A stretch of 64,000 nucleotides of DNA from an uncultured Bacillota bacterium (GCA_949289845.1 CASEPN010000003.1:77558-141557), one strand, 5' to 3'. Positions 49,426-61,667 are shown, counted from the first letter of the stretch. The notes: generated by a model not told the origin, from the letters alone. Translations and numbers: made by a program.

Positions 49426-49926
49426 ATGCTGACTACTAGGAAAATCGCTGAGAACGCGATCGTCGCGGCTCTCTACTTCGTCCTCACCATTGTGTCCGCA
49501 CCCATCGCATACGGGCAGATCCAGTTTCGGATCGCGGAGGCGCTCATGCTCCTTTGCTTCTTCAGGAAGGACTTTGTCATCGGCCTTACGGTGGGATGCT
49601 TCCTCGCCAACCTCGGGAGCACCCTCCTCCCCTGGGACTTGATGTTCGGGACGCTCGCGACCCTTCTCGCAGGCCTTGCGATCGCCTACCTGAGCCCGCG
49701 GCTCATCGTCGCCACGCTCTATCCCGCGCTATTCAACGCCTTCATCGTTGGCGCTGAGCTCTATTACATTCTCGAGCTGCCCTTCTGGCTTAACGTCGGC
49801 TACGTCGCCCTTGGGGAAATCGTCGTCCTGGCCGGAGGCTACCTTCTCTTCCTGCTTCTTTCCCGGAACAAGGGGTTCATGGACGTCCTCCGGGCGGAGC
49901 CTTCGCGTAGGGCGCTCCGTTGGTGA
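49426..49926 (+). CDS. queT: queuosine precursor transporter QueT (ECF S-component-like)
   Basis: 166-aa, 5-6 TM protein upstream of tgt/queA. Confidence 0.8.
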   Translation: MLTTRKIAENAIVAALYFVLTIVSAPIAYGQIQFRIAEALMLLCFFRKDFVIGLTVGCFLANLGSTLLPWDLMFGTLATLLAGLAIAYLSPRLIVATLYPALFNAFIVGAELYYILELPFWLNVGYVALGEIVVLAGGYLLFLLLSRNKGFMDVLRAEPSRRALRW

Positions 49927-49936
49927 GATAATCTAG

Positions 49937-51064
<1,128 letters not shown>

Positions 51065-51065
51065 C

Positions 51066-52115
51066 ATGGATATTTCGCTTTTTGACTTCGATCTGCCGGA
51101 GGAGCTGATTGCCCAGGCTCCTTCCCAGGAACGGGACGGATGCCGTCTTCTCGCGGTCGACCGCTTCCATAGGACCTACGAGGACAAGACCTTCCGCGAC
51201 ATCCTCTCCTACCTTCGCCCGGGTGATGTCCTGGTAAGGAACAACACTCGCGTCATTCCTGCCCGCCTCATCGGGGAGAAGGACACCGGGGGCAGGATCG
51301 AGCTCCTCCTTCTCAAGGACCTTGGGGACGACGTCTGGGAGTGCCTCGTTGGGAACGCCCATTCTGTGAGGGTCGGTTCCTTATCCTCTTTCGGGAACGG
51401 GAAGATCAAGGCGCGATGCGAGGCCGTCCTCCCGGAAGGAATCCGGCACATGAGGTTCCTCTACGAAGGCATTTTCCTCGAGAGGCTCGAGGAGCTGGGG
51501 GAGATGCCCCTTCCTCCCTATATCCGCGAACGGACATCGAGGAAGGAGGACTACCAGACCGTCTACGCGAAGGTCCCGGGAAGCGCCGCCGCTCCCACCG
51601 CGGGCTTCCACTTCACCCCGGAGCTCCTGGACGAGATCTCCTCCATGGGGGTGGAGATCCTCGACCTCACCCTCGACATCGGGCTCGGGACGTTCCGCCC
51701 CGTGAAGGTGCAGGACACCAAGGAGCACCGCATGCACGAGGAGACCTATTCCATGGGGGAGGAGACGGCGAAGAGGCTGAACCTCGCGAGGAAGGAAGGC
51801 CGGAGGATCGTCGCCGTCGGCACCACCTCTGTCCGCACCCTCGAGGCCGTCTACGGGAAATACGGGGAGTTTCGTCCTGAGAGTTCCTCCACCTCGATCT
51901 TCATCGAGCCCGGCTACCGCTTCCAGGCGGTGGACGCCCTCATCACGAACTTCCACCTGCCCAAGAGCACCCTCGTGATGCTTGTCAGCGCCTTCATGGG
52001 GAGGGAGTTCACCCTCGAGTGCTACCGCCACGCTGTCGAGGAGCGCTACCGCTTCTTCTCCTTCGGGGACGCGATGTTCATCCACGGGGCCATTCCCGAG
52101 GGAGAGCTCCGCTGA
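51066..52115 (+). CDS. queA: S-adenosylmethionine:tRNA ribosyltransferase-isomerase
   Basis: Start MDISLFDFDLPEELIAQAP; QueA fold. Confidence 0.92.
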   Translation: MDISLFDFDLPEELIAQAPSQERDGCRLLAVDRFHRTYEDKTFRDILSYLRPGDVLVRNNTRVIPARLIGEKDTGGRIELLLLKDLGDDVWECLVGNAHSVRVGSLSSFGNGKIKARCEAVLPEGIRHMRFLYEGIFLERLEELGEMPLPPYIRERTSRKEDYQTVYAKVPGSAAAPTAGFHFTPELLDEISSMGVEILDLTLDIGLGTFRPVKVQDTKEHRMHEETYSMGEETAKRLNLARKEGRRIVAVGTTSVRTLEAVYGKYGEFRPESSSTSIFIEPGYRFQAVDALITNFHLPKSTLVMLVSAFMGREFTLECYRHAVEERYRFFSFGDAMFIHGAIPEGELR

Positions 52116-52726
52116 TGGATCGCCCCAAGGAGCTCGCCCGCGCCCTTCGGAAGGAGGAGGGAAGGAGGAGGCTCCTCCTCCACTCCTGCTGCGGGCCTTG
52201 CTCCTGCTATCCCTTCCTCGTCCTGGGGACGCACTACGACCTTGCCGTCTCCTTCGCCAATTCGAACATCTATCCGCGGGAGGAGTGGGAGAGGAGGCTA
52301 CGTGCCCTCAAGAGGGCCATCCGCGGCTTCGCCCGCCACTATAGGATTGAGATAAAACTCCTCGAGCCTCATTGCGACCATGAATCCTTCATGGAAGAGC
52401 TCCGTCCCATGGCGGACCTCCCCGAAGGGGGCGAGCGCTGCCTCCTTTGCTACCGGAAGAGGATGGAGGAAGCCCGCCTCATCGCCTGCAAGGAAGGAAT
52501 CCCTCTTTGGTGCACGACCCTTACCTCCTCGAGGCAGAAGGACAGCGAGGCCATCATCCGCCTCGCCCAGGAGCTGGACGAGAAGGACCCCGAGGGACCC
52601 CGTTTCCTCATCAGCGACTGGAAGAGGGGAGGCGGCCTCGAGGAAGGGGAGAGGATCGCCCGCTTCCTCATGCTCTACCGCCAGGACTACTGCGGCTGCG
52701 AGTACAGCCTCCGCGATAGGAAATAG
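52115..52726 (+). CDS. queH: epoxyqueuosine reductase QueH (DUF208)
   Basis: LLHSCCGPCS cluster motif; ATG overlaps the queA stop (TGATG). Confidence 0.85.
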   Translation: MDRPKELARALRKEEGRRRLLLHSCCGPCSCYPFLVLGTHYDLAVSFANSNIYPREEWERRLRALKRAIRGFARHYRIEIKLLEPHCDHESFMEELRPMADLPEGGERCLLCYRKRMEEARLIACKEGIPLWCTTLTSSRQKDSEAIIRLAQELDEKDPEGPRFLISDWKRGGGLEEGERIARFLMLYRQDYCGCEYSLRDRK

Positions 52727-52864
52727 AGCCCGTTTCCCTCTATTTCCTTAGTGCACGTGCACAAATAAAGTAAAGGTTTAAAGAAGGATATCGCAGGAAA
52801 CCCCGAAGGATCCGGGCCTTTTTCCCAAAACCAGAAACGATAGATTTCATCCCGCATTTTTGTG

Positions 52865-52893
52865 TTGCCCTCGCCTACGCGTGAGCGTATAGT
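52865..52893 (+). promoter_or_regulatory. candidate S10-operon promoter TTGCCC-17 bp-TATAGT, followed by a ~135-nt leader
   Basis: Read directly from the sequence. Confidence 0.5.
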
Positions 52894-53029
52894 CCGCGAT
52901 GCCGGCGCTCGTGAGGAGCTCCGATGTTGCTGACACGCCCGACGCCGTTGTCTAGGAGACGGCCGGGCTTAGCCAGGGAACTCGGGGGGAGCGGGCAAGG
53001 GCAAGCCAAGAGACATAGGAGGAAAATCT

Positions 53030-53344
53030 ATGGCGAAGAAGCATGTGCTCCGCATCAGGCTCCAGGCCTACGAGCACGCGACGCTCGAGACCGCCGTCGA
53101 GAAGATCCTGGCCGTCGCCAGGAAGACCGGCGCGGGCGTCATCGGACCCGTCCCTCTCCCCACCGAGAGGCAGGTCTACACGATCCTCCGGGCTACCTTC
53201 AAGTACAAGGACAGCCGGGAGCAGTTCGAGATCCGCACCCACAAGCGGATCATCGACCTGGTGGACCCCAAGAAGGAGACGGTCGACGAGATCAAGCGCC
53301 TCGACGTCCCGAGCGGGGTCGAGATCGAGATCACCGCGAAGTAG
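53030..53344 (+). CDS. rpsJ: 30S ribosomal protein S10
   Basis: 104 aa; start of the S10 cluster. Confidence 0.95.
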   Translation: MAKKHVLRIRLQAYEHATLETAVEKILAVARKTGAGVIGPVPLPTERQVYTILRATFKYKDSREQFEIRTHKRIIDLVDPKKETVDEIKRLDVPSGVEIEITAK

Positions 53345-53357
53345 AGGAGGCAGGCAA

Positions 53358-54059
53358 ATGAAATCCCTCATCGGAAGAAAAATCGGAATGACCGAGGTGT
53401 TCGCCGAGGACGGCACCATGTACCCGGTCACCGTGGTCGAGGTCCTGCCCAATCTCATCCTCGGGAAAAGGACGATCGAGAAGGACGGCTACGAGGCCCT
53501 CCAGGTCGGCTATGAGGATAAGAAGGAATCGCGCGTGAACCGCTGCGAGGCCGGACAGTTCAAGAAGGCCGGCGCGAGCCCCAAGGCCGTCGTGATGGAG
53601 CTGAAGGGCGACGAGATCTACGGCAAGAACGTGGGCGAGACCCTCACCGCCGCGCTCTTCGAGGCCGGGGACGTCGTGGACGTCATCGGCATGACGAAGG
53701 GCCACGGCTACAGCGGCACCATCAAGAAGTACGGGAACCACATCGGCCCCAAGGGCCACGGCTCCGGCTACCACCGCCAGATCGGATCGCTCGCGAACAA
53801 CGGGCGCTGCAACAACCGCGTCATCCCGGGCAAGACGATGTCCGGCCACTGGGGTCCCGAGCAGTCGACGCTCCTCAACGTGACCGTCGTCGCCAGCAAC
53901 CCTGAGGAAGGCTATCTCCTCCTCAAGGGCGGGCTCCCCGGGCCCAAGCGGTCCATCGTCCGCATCCGCAGCGCCGTCAAGGCCCCGCGGAAGAAGCCCG
54001 TGGTCAAGAGCCTCATCGACAGGACTCCCAAGGCGGAGCCCGAGGCGAAAGGAGAGTAA
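53358..54059 (+). CDS. rplC: 50S ribosomal protein L3
   Basis: MKSLIGRKIGMTEVF with GAGGAGG Shine-Dalgarno. The track ORF 53043.. is the same frame extended 5' in a GC-driven open frame. Confidence 0.92.
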   Translation: MKSLIGRKIGMTEVFAEDGTMYPVTVVEVLPNLILGKRTIEKDGYEALQVGYEDKKESRVNRCEAGQFKKAGASPKAVVMELKGDEIYGKNVGETLTAALFEAGDVVDVIGMTKGHGYSGTIKKYGNHIGPKGHGSGYHRQIGSLANNGRCNNRVIPGKTMSGHWGPEQSTLLNVTVVASNPEEGYLLLKGGLPGPKRSIVRIRSAVKAPRKKPVVKSLIDRTPKAEPEAKGE

Positions 54060-54062
54060 CCA

Positions 54063-54704
54063 ATGGCCGCGAAGAAGATTGCGCTCCCCGTCGTGACTCT
54101 CGCCGGGGAGAAGGTCGGGGAGGTCAAGCTCTCCGCCGAGGTGTTCGGTCTCGAAGAGCCGAATCACCAGGTCGTCCACGACGCCGTCTGCACCGAGCAG
54201 GCGAACCGCCGCCAGGCGACGGCCAAGACGAAGAAGAGGCACGAGGTGTCCGGCGGGGGCAAGAAGCCCTGGCGCCAGAAGGGCACCGGACGGGCCCGCG
54301 CCGGCTCCATCCGGAGCCCGCTCTGGGTCGGAGGCGGCACCGTCTTCGGACCCGACGGCAACCAGTCCTACAAGAGGAGCCAGAACAAGAAGGCCCACGC
54401 CCTCGCGCTCCGCTCCGTCCTCTCGGACAAGGTCGCCGGCAAGGGCGTCATCGTCGTCGATGAGCTCGCCCTCGAGGCGGTCTCCACGAAAGCCCTCGCC
54501 CTCGCTCTCAAGGCGATCGGCGCCGAGGGCAGGACGCTCCTGGTCGACGACACCGAGGACCCCAAGCTCGTCCTCAGCAGCTCCAACCTCGCCGGAGTCA
54601 AGTGCGTGAGCGAGGACAACATCGGGGTCTACGACCTTCTCGCCGCCGATCACCTCGTGATCAGCAAGAAGGCGATCGAGGCCCTGGAAGGAGGACTCCT
54701 CTAA
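54063..54704 (+). CDS. rplD: 50S ribosomal protein L4
   Basis: Typical L4, 213 aa. Confidence 0.92.
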   Translation: MAAKKIALPVVTLAGEKVGEVKLSAEVFGLEEPNHQVVHDAVCTEQANRRQATAKTKKRHEVSGGGKKPWRQKGTGRARAGSIRSPLWVGGGTVFGPDGNQSYKRSQNKKAHALALRSVLSDKVAGKGVIVVDELALEAVSTKALALALKAIGAEGRTLLVDDTEDPKLVLSSSNLAGVKCVSEDNIGVYDLLAADHLVISKKAIEALEGGLL

Positions 54705-55033
54705 TGGCGGAAGAGAAGAAGGCGCGGAGCTTCGGCTCCCCCGTCGAGCATGACTACCAGGTCATTCTCGCCCCGGTCGTCACCGAGAAGTCGATGGCCC
54801 TCCTCCAGAACGGGAACAAGGTGACCGTGAAGGTGCTCCCCTCGGCCAACAAGATCGAGATCAAGGAGAGCTTCCAGCGCCTCTACCAGGTCGAGGTCGA
54901 GGCGGTCCACGTCATCAACCAGCCTGGGAAGAGCAAGTCCCGCGGCGGCCGCTACCAGGGGCACGTCGCCGGGTACAAGAAGGCGATCGTCACCCTCAAG
55001 GCAGGGAACGCGGTCGACCTCTTCAAGGAATAG
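54704..55033 (+). CDS. rplW: 50S ribosomal protein L23
   Basis: Start MAEEKKARS overlapping the rplD stop (TAATG). Confidence 0.9.
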   Translation: MAEEKKARSFGSPVEHDYQVILAPVVTEKSMALLQNGNKVTVKVLPSANKIEIKESFQRLYQVEVEAVHVINQPGKSKSRGGRYQGHVAGYKKAIVTLKAGNAVDLFKE

Positions 55034-55075
55034 GGAGGGAACCCCCGCCCGCCCATCCTCCCTTATATATAGGGG
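55032..55075 (+). promoter_or_regulatory. two mutually exclusive hairpins in a 78-nt rplW-rplB spacer
   Basis: AGGGAGG...CCTCCCT is a 7-bp stem. Overlapping CCCTTATATATAGGG is a palindrome. Confidence 0.35.
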
Positions 55076-55111
55076 GGTTGGACGGGGAAGAGACCGTATA
55101 GGAGAAAGAAA

Positions 55112-55939
55112 ATGGCAATCAAGAGCTATCGTCCCTACACGCCGAGCCGCCGTCAGATGACGACCCTCAGCTACCAGGACGTCACCACCGCCACTCCTGA
55201 GAAATCGCTCCTGGCCCCGAAGAAGCACAAGGCGGGCCGGAACAATCAGGGGAAGATCACCTGCCGCCACCGCGGCGGGGGCAACAAGAACCGCTACCGC
55301 ATCATCGACTTCAAGAGAAGGAAGGACGGGATTCCCGGGAAGATCGCGACCATCGAGTACGACCCGAACCGCTCCGCCTTCATCGCCCTCGTCAACTACG
55401 TCGACGGCGAGAAGCGCTACATCATCCTTCCCAAGGGGCTCAAGGTCGGGGACGAGATCCTCTCCGGCGAGAGCACCGACATCAAGACGGGGAACTGCTG
55501 CGACCTCAGGAACATTCCCGATGGAACCTTCGTCCACAACATCGAGCTGAAGCCCGGCAAGGGCGGGCAGATGTGCCGGGCGGCCGGGACCAGCGCCCAG
55601 GTGCTCGGCTCCGAAGGGAAGTACGTCATGCTCCGCCTCGCCTCGGGCGAGGTGAGGAAGGTGCTCGGGACCTGCCGGGCCACCATCGGCACCGTCGGCA
55701 ACGAGGACTACAGCCTCGTCAACGTCGGCACCGCCGGCAAGATGCGCCACATGGGCTGGCGCCCGACCGTCCGCGGCTCCGCGATGAACCCGAACGATCA
55801 CCCGCACGGCGGCGGCGAGGGCAAGTGCCCCGTCGGCCGCGACGCCCCCCGCACCCCGTGGGGCAAGCGCGCGATGGGCGTCAAGACCCGCCGCGTGAAG
55901 AAGGAATCCAGCCGCCTCATCGTCAGGCGGAGGAAGTAA
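55112..55939 (+). CDS. rplB: 50S ribosomal protein L2
   Basis: 275 aa. Confidence 0.95.
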   Translation: MAIKSYRPYTPSRRQMTTLSYQDVTTATPEKSLLAPKKHKAGRNNQGKITCRHRGGGNKNRYRIIDFKRRKDGIPGKIATIEYDPNRSAFIALVNYVDGEKRYIILPKGLKVGDEILSGESTDIKTGNCCDLRNIPDGTFVHNIELKPGKGGQMCRAAGTSAQVLGSEGKYVMLRLASGEVRKVLGTCRATIGTVGNEDYSLVNVGTAGKMRHMGWRPTVRGSAMNPNDHPHGGGEGKCPVGRDAPRTPWGKRAMGVKTRRVKKESSRLIVRRRK

Positions 55940-55952
55940 GGAGGAATAGGAA

Positions 55953-56240
55953 ATGTCACGTTCCAGCAAGAAGGGGCCCTTCGTAGACGAGTACCTCCTG
56001 AAGAAGGTCGAGGCGATGGACAAGAGCGGCCGCCGCGAGGTCATCAAGACCTGGAGCAGGCGTTCCACCATCTACCCCGCCTTCGTCGAGCACACCTTCG
56101 CCGTCCATAACGGCAAGGAGCACGTCACCGTCTTCGTCACCGAGGACATGGTCGGCCACAAGCTCGGCGAGTTCGCGCCGACCCGGAACTTCCCGGGCCA
56201 CCACGGGAACAACGCCGGCGACCAGGCCGCCAGGAAGTGA
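55953..56240 (+). CDS. rpsS: 30S ribosomal protein S19
   Basis: 95 aa. Confidence 0.95.
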   Translation: MSRSSKKGPFVDEYLLKKVEAMDKSGRREVIKTWSRRSTIYPAFVEHTFAVHNGKEHVTVFVTEDMVGHKLGEFAPTRNFPGHHGNNAGDQAARK

Positions 56241-56247
56241 GGACCCT

Positions 56248-56817
56248 ATGGCAGAAAGCGAGAAGAAGGTAGCCTCCGCTCCCGCGGAGGAAGCGCCGAA
56301 GAAGAGCGCGCGGAAGAAGAGCGCCCCCAAGAAGGCGAGCGCTCCCGCCGAGGAGGCCCCCGCGAAGAAGGCTCCCACCAAGAAGGGGGCGAAGAAGGGC
56401 GGGAAGAAGACCCACGCCGAGATCCACGAGGAGTGGAAGAAGGCGCACAAGGCCGCCAAGGAGGCGGCCAAGCCCACCGTCCACGAGGCCCACGCCTACG
56501 CCAAGAACGTGCGGGTCACGCCCCGCAAGGTCCGGCTCGTCCTCGACCTCGTCCGCGGCAAGAGCGTCAACGACGCCCTGGCGATGCTCCCGCACCTGAA
56601 CAAGGCGGCCGCCCAGCCGGTGATGAAGCTCATCGCCTCCGCCGCGGCGAATGCCACCAACAACTTCGACCTTGACGGGGATCTCCTCTACATCAGCGAG
56701 ATCCAGGCGAGCGACGGCATCAAGATGCGCCGCTACCTGCCCAGGGCCAAGGGCTCCAGCAGCGGCATGGTCCGCCGCACCGCCAACATCCGCGTCACCG
56801 TGAAGGAGAGGAAGTAA
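56248..56817 (+). CDS. rplV: 50S ribosomal protein L22 with ~75-aa Ala/Lys/Pro/Glu-rich N-terminal extension
   Basis: Core RVTPRKVRLVLDLVRGKSV; extension AEEAPKKSARKKSAPKKASAPAEEAPAKKAP. Confidence 0.9.
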   Translation: MAESEKKVASAPAEEAPKKSARKKSAPKKASAPAEEAPAKKAPTKKGAKKGGKKTHAEIHEEWKKAHKAAKEAAKPTVHEAHAYAKNVRVTPRKVRLVLDLVRGKSVNDALAMLPHLNKAAAQPVMKLIASAAANATNNFDLDGDLLYISEIQASDGIKMRRYLPRAKGSSSGMVRRTANIRVTVKERK

Positions 56818-57575
56818 TGGGTCAGAAAGTGAACGCCGTCGGGCTCCGCATCGGGGTCAACCGCAGCTGGAACTCCAGCTGGTTCGCGGGCAAGCGCGAC
56901 TTCGCCCGCTATCTCAAGGAGGACATGCTCGTCCGCTCCCACATCGAGAAGTGGCTCAGGAACCTCCCGAGCGACCGCACGAGGAGGGACGGGACCCCCG
57001 ACAAGTCCCGCCAGGACAGCGCCCTCTCCCGCATCGAGATCAGCAGGAGCAAGACCGACAAGGGCTCGCTCCTCCTCGTCCGCATCCACACCTCGCGCCC
57101 CGGCGTCGTCCTGGGCACGAACGGCGAGACCATCAAGAAGCTCCAGGCCGCCCTCCGCAAGATCGTGAAGGAAGATAACCTCCGCGTTGAGGTCGTCGAG
57201 GTGAAGAACCCCGACCTGGACGCCACCCTCGTCGCCAAGTGGATCGCCGGGGAGCTGGAGAACCGCCAGAGCTTCCGTTCGACCCAGAAAAAGGCCATCC
57301 AGCGGATCAGGAAGGCCGGCGCCGCCGGCTGCCGCACCCAGTGCCAGGGCCGTCTCGGGGGCGCCGAGATCGCGCGCCGCGAGGGCTACAAGGAGGGCGT
57401 CGTCCCTCTCGAGACCCTCCGCGCCGACATCGACTTCGCGGCCATCCCCGCCCACACCACCTCCGGCCGCATCGGCGTGAAGGTGTGGATCTGCCGCTCC
57501 ACCGACGGCCGCAAGGCCCAGGAGGAGAGGCCGCAGGAAGGAGGAAGCACGAATGCTTCAGCCAAAGCGCGTTAA
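56817..57575 (+). CDS. rpsC: 30S ribosomal protein S3 (with internal insertion and C-terminal tail)
   Basis: [13 protein letters not shown]; KH and S3-C domains. Confidence 0.92.
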   Translation: MGQKVNAVGLRIGVNRSWNSSWFAGKRDFARYLKEDMLVRSHIEKWLRNLPSDRTRRDGTPDKSRQDSALSRIEISRSKTDKGSLLLVRIHTSRPGVVLGTNGETIKKLQAALRKIVKEDNLRVEVVEVKNPDLDATLVAKWIAGELENRQSFRSTQKKAIQRIRKAGAAGCRTQCQGRLGGAEIARREGYKEGVVPLETLRADIDFAAIPAHTTSGRIGVKVWICRSTDGRKAQEERPQEGGSTNASAKAR

Positions 57576-58101
57576 GTACCGTCGCCCGCACCGCCTCTCC
57601 TACGAGGGCGTCGCGACGAAGGGCAACACCGTCGAGTTCGGCGAGTGGGGCCTCCAGGCGCTCGAGGGCGCCTACATCACCGACCACCAGATCGAGTCCG
57701 CCCGCATCGTGCTCGCCCGCGCGACCGACCGCACCGGCAAGATCTGGATCCGCATCTTCCCGCACCTGGGAAGGACCAAGAAGCCGGCCGAGGTCCGCAT
57801 GGGCTCCGGCAAGGGCTCGCCCGAAGGGTGGGCCGCCCCCGTCAAGGCGGGGAAGATCCTCTTCGAGATTGGCGGAGTCAGCGAGGCGCTCGCGCGCCGG
57901 GCGCTCCACCAGGCCGGCTACAAGCTTCCGATCGCCACCAAGATCGTGAAGCGCACCAAGGCCCTCAGCGAGGCGGAGCTCGAGAAGATGGAGGAGACGC
58001 ACGACTCCTCCCTCGAGGCCATCGAGCGCGAGGATCACATCGAGACCGTGAGCGACACCGGGAACGAGCCCGAGGCGAGCACGGAGAATAAGGGGGAGTA
58101 G
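57553..58101 (+). CDS. rplP: 50S ribosomal protein L16 with ~45-aa acidic C-terminal extension
   Basis: [13 protein letters not shown]; overlaps the rpsC 3' end. Confidence 0.9.
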   Translation: MLQPKRVKYRRPHRLSYEGVATKGNTVEFGEWGLQALEGAYITDHQIESARIVLARATDRTGKIWIRIFPHLGRTKKPAEVRMGSGKGSPEGWAAPVKAGKILFEIGGVSEALARRALHQAGYKLPIATKIVKRTKALSEAELEKMEETHDSSLEAIEREDHIETVSDTGNEPEASTENKGE

Positions 58102-58103
58102 AA

Positions 58104-58310
58104 ATGAGCATCAAGGAATTCCGCGAGCTCACCGACGAGGAGCTCAAGGCTCGCCTCGCCGAGCTCCGTCTCCGGAAGTTCGAGCTGACCCGGCAGAAGG
58201 CCGTGGGCAACCTCGAGCACCCCGAGGAGATCCGCTCCCTCCGCAAGGACATCGCCCGCGGCGAGACCGTCCGGCGCGAGAGAGAGCTCTCGAAGAAGGA
58301 GGCGAAGTAA
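58104..58310 (+). CDS. rpmC: 50S ribosomal protein L29
   Basis: 68 aa. Confidence 0.9.
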   Translation: MSIKEFRELTDEELKARLAELRLRKFELTRQKAVGNLEHPEEIRSLRKDIARGETVRRERELSKKEAK

Positions 58311-58311
58311 C

Positions 58312-58650
58312 ATGGAACGGAACAGAAGGACGACCTTCCAGGGCGTCGTCACCTCGGTCAAGAACAGCAAGACGATCACCGTCCTCGTCTCGACCAAGAG
58401 GAACGACCCCCTCTACAAGAAGCGCGTCAGCTATTCGAAGAAGTACCGCGCCCACGACGAGAAGTGCGAGGCTGAGCTCGGCGACACCGTGACCATCATG
58501 GCCTGCCGCCCGATGAGCGCCACCAAGCGCTTCCGCCTCGTCTCCATCGACAAGAAGGCGATCGGCGGGACCTCGCTCGAGGCCACCGAGGCCGCCCTCG
58601 AGGCGAAGGAAGGGGTCGAGGAGGCCGCCCACGGGGAGAAGGAGGAGTAG
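58312..58650 (+). CDS. rpsQ: 30S ribosomal protein S17 (C-terminal acidic tail)
   Basis: OB-fold core. Confidence 0.9.
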   Translation: MERNRRTTFQGVVTSVKNSKTITVLVSTKRNDPLYKKRVSYSKKYRAHDEKCEAELGDTVTIMACRPMSATKRFRLVSIDKKAIGGTSLEATEAALEAKEGVEEAAHGEKEE

Positions 58651-58653
58651 GCA

Positions 58654-59022
58654 ATGATCCAGAAGGAAACGAACCTCGTCGTCGCCGATAACTCCGGGGC
58701 CCGCTCCGTGCGCGCCTTCCAGCTCTACGGCGGAGGCCGCCGCAAGAGGAGCACCATCGGCGACGTCATCCAGTGCGCCGTCAAGGACGCCACCCCGAAC
58801 GGCAAGATCAAGAAGGGCCAGGTCGTGCGCGCCGTCATCGTCCGCACGAAGAAGGCCATCCAGAGGAAGGACGGCAGCTCGATCTGCTTCGACGACAACG
58901 CCGTCGTCCTCATCGACAACGACGGGAACCCCCTCGGCACCCGCGTCTTCGGACCGGTCGCCAGGGAGCTCCGCGAGAAGGGCTACATGAAGATCATCTC
59001 GCTCGCCCTCGAGGTTCTCTAA
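58654..59022 (+). CDS. rplN: 50S ribosomal protein L14
   Basis: 122 aa. Confidence 0.95.
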   Translation: MIQKETNLVVADNSGARSVRAFQLYGGGRRKRSTIGDVIQCAVKDATPNGKIKKGQVVRAVIVRTKKAIQRKDGSSICFDDNAVVLIDNDGNPLGTRVFGPVARELREKGYMKIISLALEVL

Positions 59023-59032
59023 GGAGGAAACG

Positions 59033-59347
59033 ATGAACATCAGGAAAGGTGACACCGTCATCGTCATCGCCGGCTCCGACAGAGGCAAGACCGGCGTCGT
59101 GCAGCTCGTCCACCCCGAGCAGGAGACCGCGGTCGTCGAAGGCGTGAACGTCCACAAGAAGCACGTCAAGCCGACCCAGGCCGTGCCCGAGGGATCCGTC
59201 AAGGACATCTACATGCCTGTGCATGTGAGCAACCTCGCCCTCATCGACCCGAAGACGGGCCGTCCCACGAGGGTCCACCACAAGATCGTCGACGGCAGGA
59301 AGATCCGCGTCGCGGACTCCGGCGCCTCGCTCGACGAGAAGAAGTAA
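59033..59347 (+). CDS. rplX: 50S ribosomal protein L24
   Basis: KOW motif. Confidence 0.92.
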   Translation: MNIRKGDTVIVIAGSDRGKTGVVQLVHPEQETAVVEGVNVHKKHVKPTQAVPEGSVKDIYMPVHVSNLALIDPKTGRPTRVHHKIVDGRKIRVADSGASLDEKK

Positions 59348-59358
59348 GGAGCAAGCCA

Positions 59359-60108
59359 ATGGCAGAGAAGAAGATCGAAACCGAGGTCGCCCTCGAGGAG
59401 AGCCCCGCCAAGAAGGCCGCTCCGAAGAAGGCCGCTCCCAAGAAGACGGCCGCCAGGAAGGCCCCGGCCAAGAAGGCCGCCCCGAAGGAGGAGGCTCCCG
59501 CGGAGGAGAAGAAGGCCCCCGCGAAGAAGAGCGCCCCCAAGAAGGAGAGGAAGCCGAGCGCCCTCTCCCAGAACCGCCTCGCCCGTAAGTGGCGCGAGGA
59601 GGTCGTGCCCGCCCTCATGAAGGAGCACGGCTACAAGTCGCCGATGGAGGCGCCGCGCCTTGAGAAGATCGTCGTCAACATCGGCGTGGGCGACGCCACG
59701 GGGAACAGCAAGGCCCTCGACGACAGCGTCCAGGACCTTACCCGCATCAGCGGCCAGAAGCCGGTGGTGACCAGGGCGAAGAAGTCCATCGCCTCCTTCC
59801 ACCTCAGGGAAGGGCAGGCGATCGGCTGCAAGGTGACCCTCCGCGGCCTCCGCATGTACGAGTTCCTCGACAAGCTCGTCAGCATCTCCCTCCCGCGCGT
59901 CCGCGACTTCCGCGGCATCAGCCGGAACGGGTTCGACGGGCACGGGAACTACACCCTCGGGGTCAAGGAGCAGCTCATCTTCCCCGAGATCGAGTACGAC
60001 AAGACCGGCAAGCTCCGCGGCATGGACATCGTCATGGTGACCACCGCCCGGACGGACGAGGAGGCGCTTCACCTCCTCGAGGGGCTGGGGCTGCCCTTCA
60101 GGAGGTAA
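59359..60108 (+). CDS. rplE: 50S ribosomal protein L5 with ~70-aa AKP-rich N-terminal extension
   Basis: Core from [16 protein letters not shown]; extension [31 protein letters not shown]. Confidence 0.9.
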   Translation: MAEKKIETEVALEESPAKKAAPKKAAPKKTAARKAPAKKAAPKEEAPAEEKKAPAKKSAPKKERKPSALSQNRLARKWREEVVPALMKEHGYKSPMEAPRLEKIVVNIGVGDATGNSKALDDSVQDLTRISGQKPVVTRAKKSIASFHLREGQAIGCKVTLRGLRMYEFLDKLVSISLPRVRDFRGISRNGFDGHGNYTLGVKEQLIFPEIEYDKTGKLRGMDIVMVTTARTDEEALHLLEGLGLPFRR

Positions 60109-60113
60109 TCGCA

Positions 60114-60299
60114 ATGGCCAAGAAGAGTCTCATCAACAAGCAGGCCAGGAAGCCCAAGTTCAGCACGAGGGCCTACACCCGCTGCGCCCGCTGCGGGCGC
60201 GTCCACGGCGTCATCCGCAAGTTCGGCCTCTGCCGCATCTGCCTCCGCGAGCTCGCCTACAAGGGCGAGATCCCGGGCATGAGGAAGGCCAGCTGGTAA
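60114..60299 (+). CDS. rpsZ: 30S ribosomal protein S14 type Z (zinc-binding)
   Basis: 61 aa; CARCGR...CRIC. Confidence 0.92.
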   Translation: MAKKSLINKQARKPKFSTRAYTRCARCGRVHGVIRKFGLCRICLRELAYKGEIPGMRKASW

Positions 60300-60317
60300 A
60301 GAAGGAGGAAAGACAAG

Positions 60318-60710
60318 ATGATCGCAGATCCCATCAGCGACATGCTGACCCGCATCCGGAACGCGAACGCGCTCCGGCGCGACACCGTCTCCCTTCCTTC
60401 CGGGAAGACGCTCCTGGCCATCGCGCGCATCATGAAGCGCGAGGGCTACCTGCTCGACTGCCACGAGGAGAGGGACGGGGCCAAGAAGACCCTCACCCTC
60501 GTCCTCAAGTACGGGAAGAACGGCGAGAAGGTCATCACCAACCTCCGCCGCATCTCCAAGCCCGGCCTCCGCGTGACGATGGGCGTGGACGAGCTTCCGC
60601 GCGTCCCCGGCTACGGCATCGCCATCGTCAGCACCTCCAAGGGGATCCTCACCGACGCCGAGTGCCGCAAGGCCGGCGTGGGCGGCGAGGTCCTCTGCTA
60701 CGTCTACTAA
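60318..60710 (+). CDS. rpsH: 30S ribosomal protein S8
   Basis: MIADPISDMLTRIRNA. Confidence 0.95.
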   Translation: MIADPISDMLTRIRNANALRRDTVSLPSGKTLLAIARIMKREGYLLDCHEERDGAKKTLTLVLKYGKNGEKVITNLRRISKPGLRVTMGVDELPRVPGYGIAIVSTSKGILTDAECRKAGVGGEVLCYVY

Positions 60711-60726
60711 GGAAAGGAAAAGAGCA

Positions 60727-61290
60727 ATGTCTCGCATTGGATTCAAACCCATACCTCTCCCGGAAGGCGTGACCTTCTCCCATGAGGGAAGCACGTTCCT
60801 CGTCAAGGGCCCCAAAGGCGAAGTAAGCGTCCACGTTCCCGCGGGCGTCAGCGTCGAGGAGGCCGACGGGGCCCTTCACGTCCGTCCTGCCGCGGACTGG
60901 GAGGAGAACAAGGAGAGCGCCGCCAACCACGGCACCGCCGCCGCGCTCCTCCATAATGCCGTCAAGGGCGTCCACGAAGGGTGGAAGAAGGAGCTGGAGA
61001 TCAACGGCACCGGCTACCGCGCCTCCGTCAAGGACGGGGTCCTCACCATGTTCCTCGGCTACAGCCACGAGGTCCACGCCAGGCCCATCGGGAAGTACAC
61101 CAAGATCAGCTGCCCCGACGAGACCCACGTCGTCGTCGAGGGCGTCGACAAGTTCGAGGTCGGCGAGACCGCCGCCCGCATCTACGACCTGAGGAGGCCC
61201 GACCCCTACGGCCAGAAGGGCGTCCACTACAAGGGACAGCACCTCATCAAGAAGGTCGGCAAGCGCGCCGCCGCCTCCGGCAAGAAGTAA
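60727..61290 (+). CDS. rplF: 50S ribosomal protein L6
   Basis: MSRIGFKPIPLPEGV. Confidence 0.95.
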   Translation: MSRIGFKPIPLPEGVTFSHEGSTFLVKGPKGEVSVHVPAGVSVEEADGALHVRPAADWEENKESAANHGTAAALLHNAVKGVHEGWKKELEINGTGYRASVKDGVLTMFLGYSHEVHARPIGKYTKISCPDETHVVVEGVDKFEVGETAARIYDLRRPDPYGQKGVHYKGQHLIKKVGKRAAASGKK

Positions 61291-61299
61291 GGAGAACCC

Positions 61300-61656
61300 A
61301 TGATCCGCAAAGAATCCAGGAACGCGATGCGCGAGCGCCGTCATCTCCGGGTCAGGGAGAAGGTCCACGGGACCCCCCTCCGCCCGAGGCTCAGCGTCTT
61401 CCGCTCGAACAAGCACATCAGCTGCCAGCTGATCGACGACACCAAGGGAATCACCCTCTGCTCCTCCGGCTCCGTCGAGCTCAAGCTCGCGAACGGGGGC
61501 AACGTCGAGGCGGCGAGGAAGGTCGGCGAGGACATCGCCAGGAAGGCCCTCGCCCTCAAGATCGAATGCGCCGTGTTCGACCGCGGCGGCTACCAGTACC
61601 ACGGCAGGGTCGCCGCCCTCTGCGAGGCGGCCCGCGAGGCCGGGCTCCGGCTCTAA
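61300..61656 (+). CDS. rplR: 50S ribosomal protein L18
   Basis: 118 aa. Confidence 0.92.
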   Translation: MIRKESRNAMRERRHLRVREKVHGTPLRPRLSVFRSNKHISCQLIDDTKGITLCSSGSVELKLANGGNVEAARKVGEDIARKALALKIECAVFDRGGYQYHGRVAALCEAAREAGLRL

Positions 61657-61667
61657 GGAGAGAAACC

